A DNA stretch of 43,298 bases from Parcubacteria group bacterium GW2011_GWF2_45_11. Its GTDB lineage: Bacteria > Patescibacteriota > Patescibacteriia > UBA1558 > UBA10009. The notes under the pieces were generated by a model that was not told where the DNA came from, searched no databases, and saw only the letters and a program-made list of their open reading frames with translations. The stretch covers positions 1-43,298 of the forward strand of contig LCKE01000015.1 in the NCBI GenBank assembly GCA_001001205.1, written 5' to 3'. Made by a program: the position numbers and the translations under genes. This document shows, in pieces, positions 42,811-43,298 of this stretch (its first letter is position 1; each line of letters begins with the position of its first letter).

Positions 42811-42904
42811 TGGCTCCGAGACCTAGAATCGAACTAGGATCGCTGCATTAACAGTGCAGGGTTTCCTGTCTGCCGGCAGGCAGGTACCAATAAACTATCT
42901 CGGA
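42811..42904 (-). tRNA. second tRNA-Asn(GUU)-like gene carrying a 20-nt hairpin insert in the D-loop (function uncertain)
   Basis: TCCGAGA TA GTTT ATTGGTA [CCTGCCTGCCGGCAGACAGG] AAAC C CTGCA CTGTTAA TGCAG CGAT CCTAG TTCGATT CTAGG TCTCGGA G CCA. The cloverleaf is perfect once 42865-42884 is removed. Confidence 0.7.
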
Positions 42905-42908
42905 ATAA

Positions 42909-43018
42909 ATCCAGCGCCCTTTTTTGAGGGTATTCGTAAGCACCACCCTAAAGTTATATAAACTATACTTCAGGGTAGGGTTGGCTAAGACCGCAGGGTA
43001 TTAGAAAAGGTGCTGGAT
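42909..43018. repeat. nested palindromic element, copy 2 (110 nt)
   Basis: Left arm ATCCAGCGCCCTTTTTTGAGGGTATT and right arm GGGTATTAGAAAAGGTGCTGGAT. 42986-43021 is identical to 4068-4103. It starts 4 nt from the 5' end of the interrupted tRNA-Asn. Confidence 0.75.
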
Positions 43019-43298
43019 AAATCTATATTAAGCATCAAAAAACCGACTCTCTTTAAAACTCGGTTGATTTTTTCCTTTCTTGCCTGCCCTGAGCGAAGTC
43101 AAAGGGCTTTCTGGTTTTATTGTTTTCTTGCTTTATGGAAAAATCACCAAGCCTTTAGTCGGTTATTATTATCGTTATTATTGTTGGTGAACTGTCTCAT
43201 ATTCTTAACTTAACAAAAAATCATTGACTAGTCAAATAAATCGCATTGGGACATCTAAAACCTTACTTTACCTTCTCTCATTGGGTCATTTAAAATGT

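Noticed and set aside
43010-43213. 67-aa plus-strand ORF at the window end.
   Set aside because: It starts inside palindromic repeat copy 2, runs through a hairpin/T-run, and has a low-complexity hydrophobic composition. It is probably non-coding.

Overview
The window reads as a compact, mostly minus-strand housekeeping stretch from a small-genome bacterium. A CPR/Patescibacteria-like origin is my inference from gene content only: a GAD-less bacterial-type AspRS, a NusB-Nudix fusion, many small membrane or secreted hypotheticals, and a type IV pilin.

Secure calls:
- Translation and tRNA modification: valS, aspS, asnS (damaged), tsaE, tsaD, rpmF, rpmG (missed by the ORF track), and a pseudouridine synthase.
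- Other core genes: adenosine deaminase, a class I/II aminotransferase, hsp20, a VanW protein, rnc, tpiA, an S11 D-Ala-D-Ala carboxypeptidase, patatin, scpA/scpB, and a YbaK-like deacylase.
- Envelope cluster: ECF sigma factor, membrane protein, HlyD adaptor, ABC ATPase and MacB-type permease.
- Ten cloverleaf tRNA genes: Glu, Arg x2, His, Trp, Thr x2, Tyr, Asn x2.

Accessory content lies at about 20-31 kb:
- A frameshifted IS982-family element.
- An orphan pilin gene with a consensus promoter.
- An operon encoding an 814-aa double ATP-grasp ligase, translationally coupled to a QueC-like PP-loop protein, followed by a truncated dipeptide-epimerase remnant.
- A XerC/D-like tyrosine recombinase.
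- A decayed IS200/IS605-type element whose TnpA has lost its catalytic Tyr.
- An 81-aa GIY-YIG nuclease.

The most unusual signal is in the conserved Thr-Tyr-Thr...rpmG...Trp tRNA cluster and at a second tRNA-Asn:
- Intact tRNA genes sit next to perfect or decayed half-copies of themselves.
- The copies are broken at fixed positions in the anticodon loop or D-loop by short GC-rich hairpin inserts.
- The same 35-nt two-hairpin insert occurs in two different tRNAs, with substitutions only in its hairpin loops.
- In two cases an intact tRNA sits where the insert would be, nested inside the broken copy.

A second family of nested palindromic repeats fills the 0.5-kb gap downstream of add and recurs next to the interrupted tRNA-Asn, sharing a 36-nt exact segment. 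No CRISPR array, rRNA gene or recognisable defence operon was seen. All homology statements come from reading motifs by eye; no searches were run.
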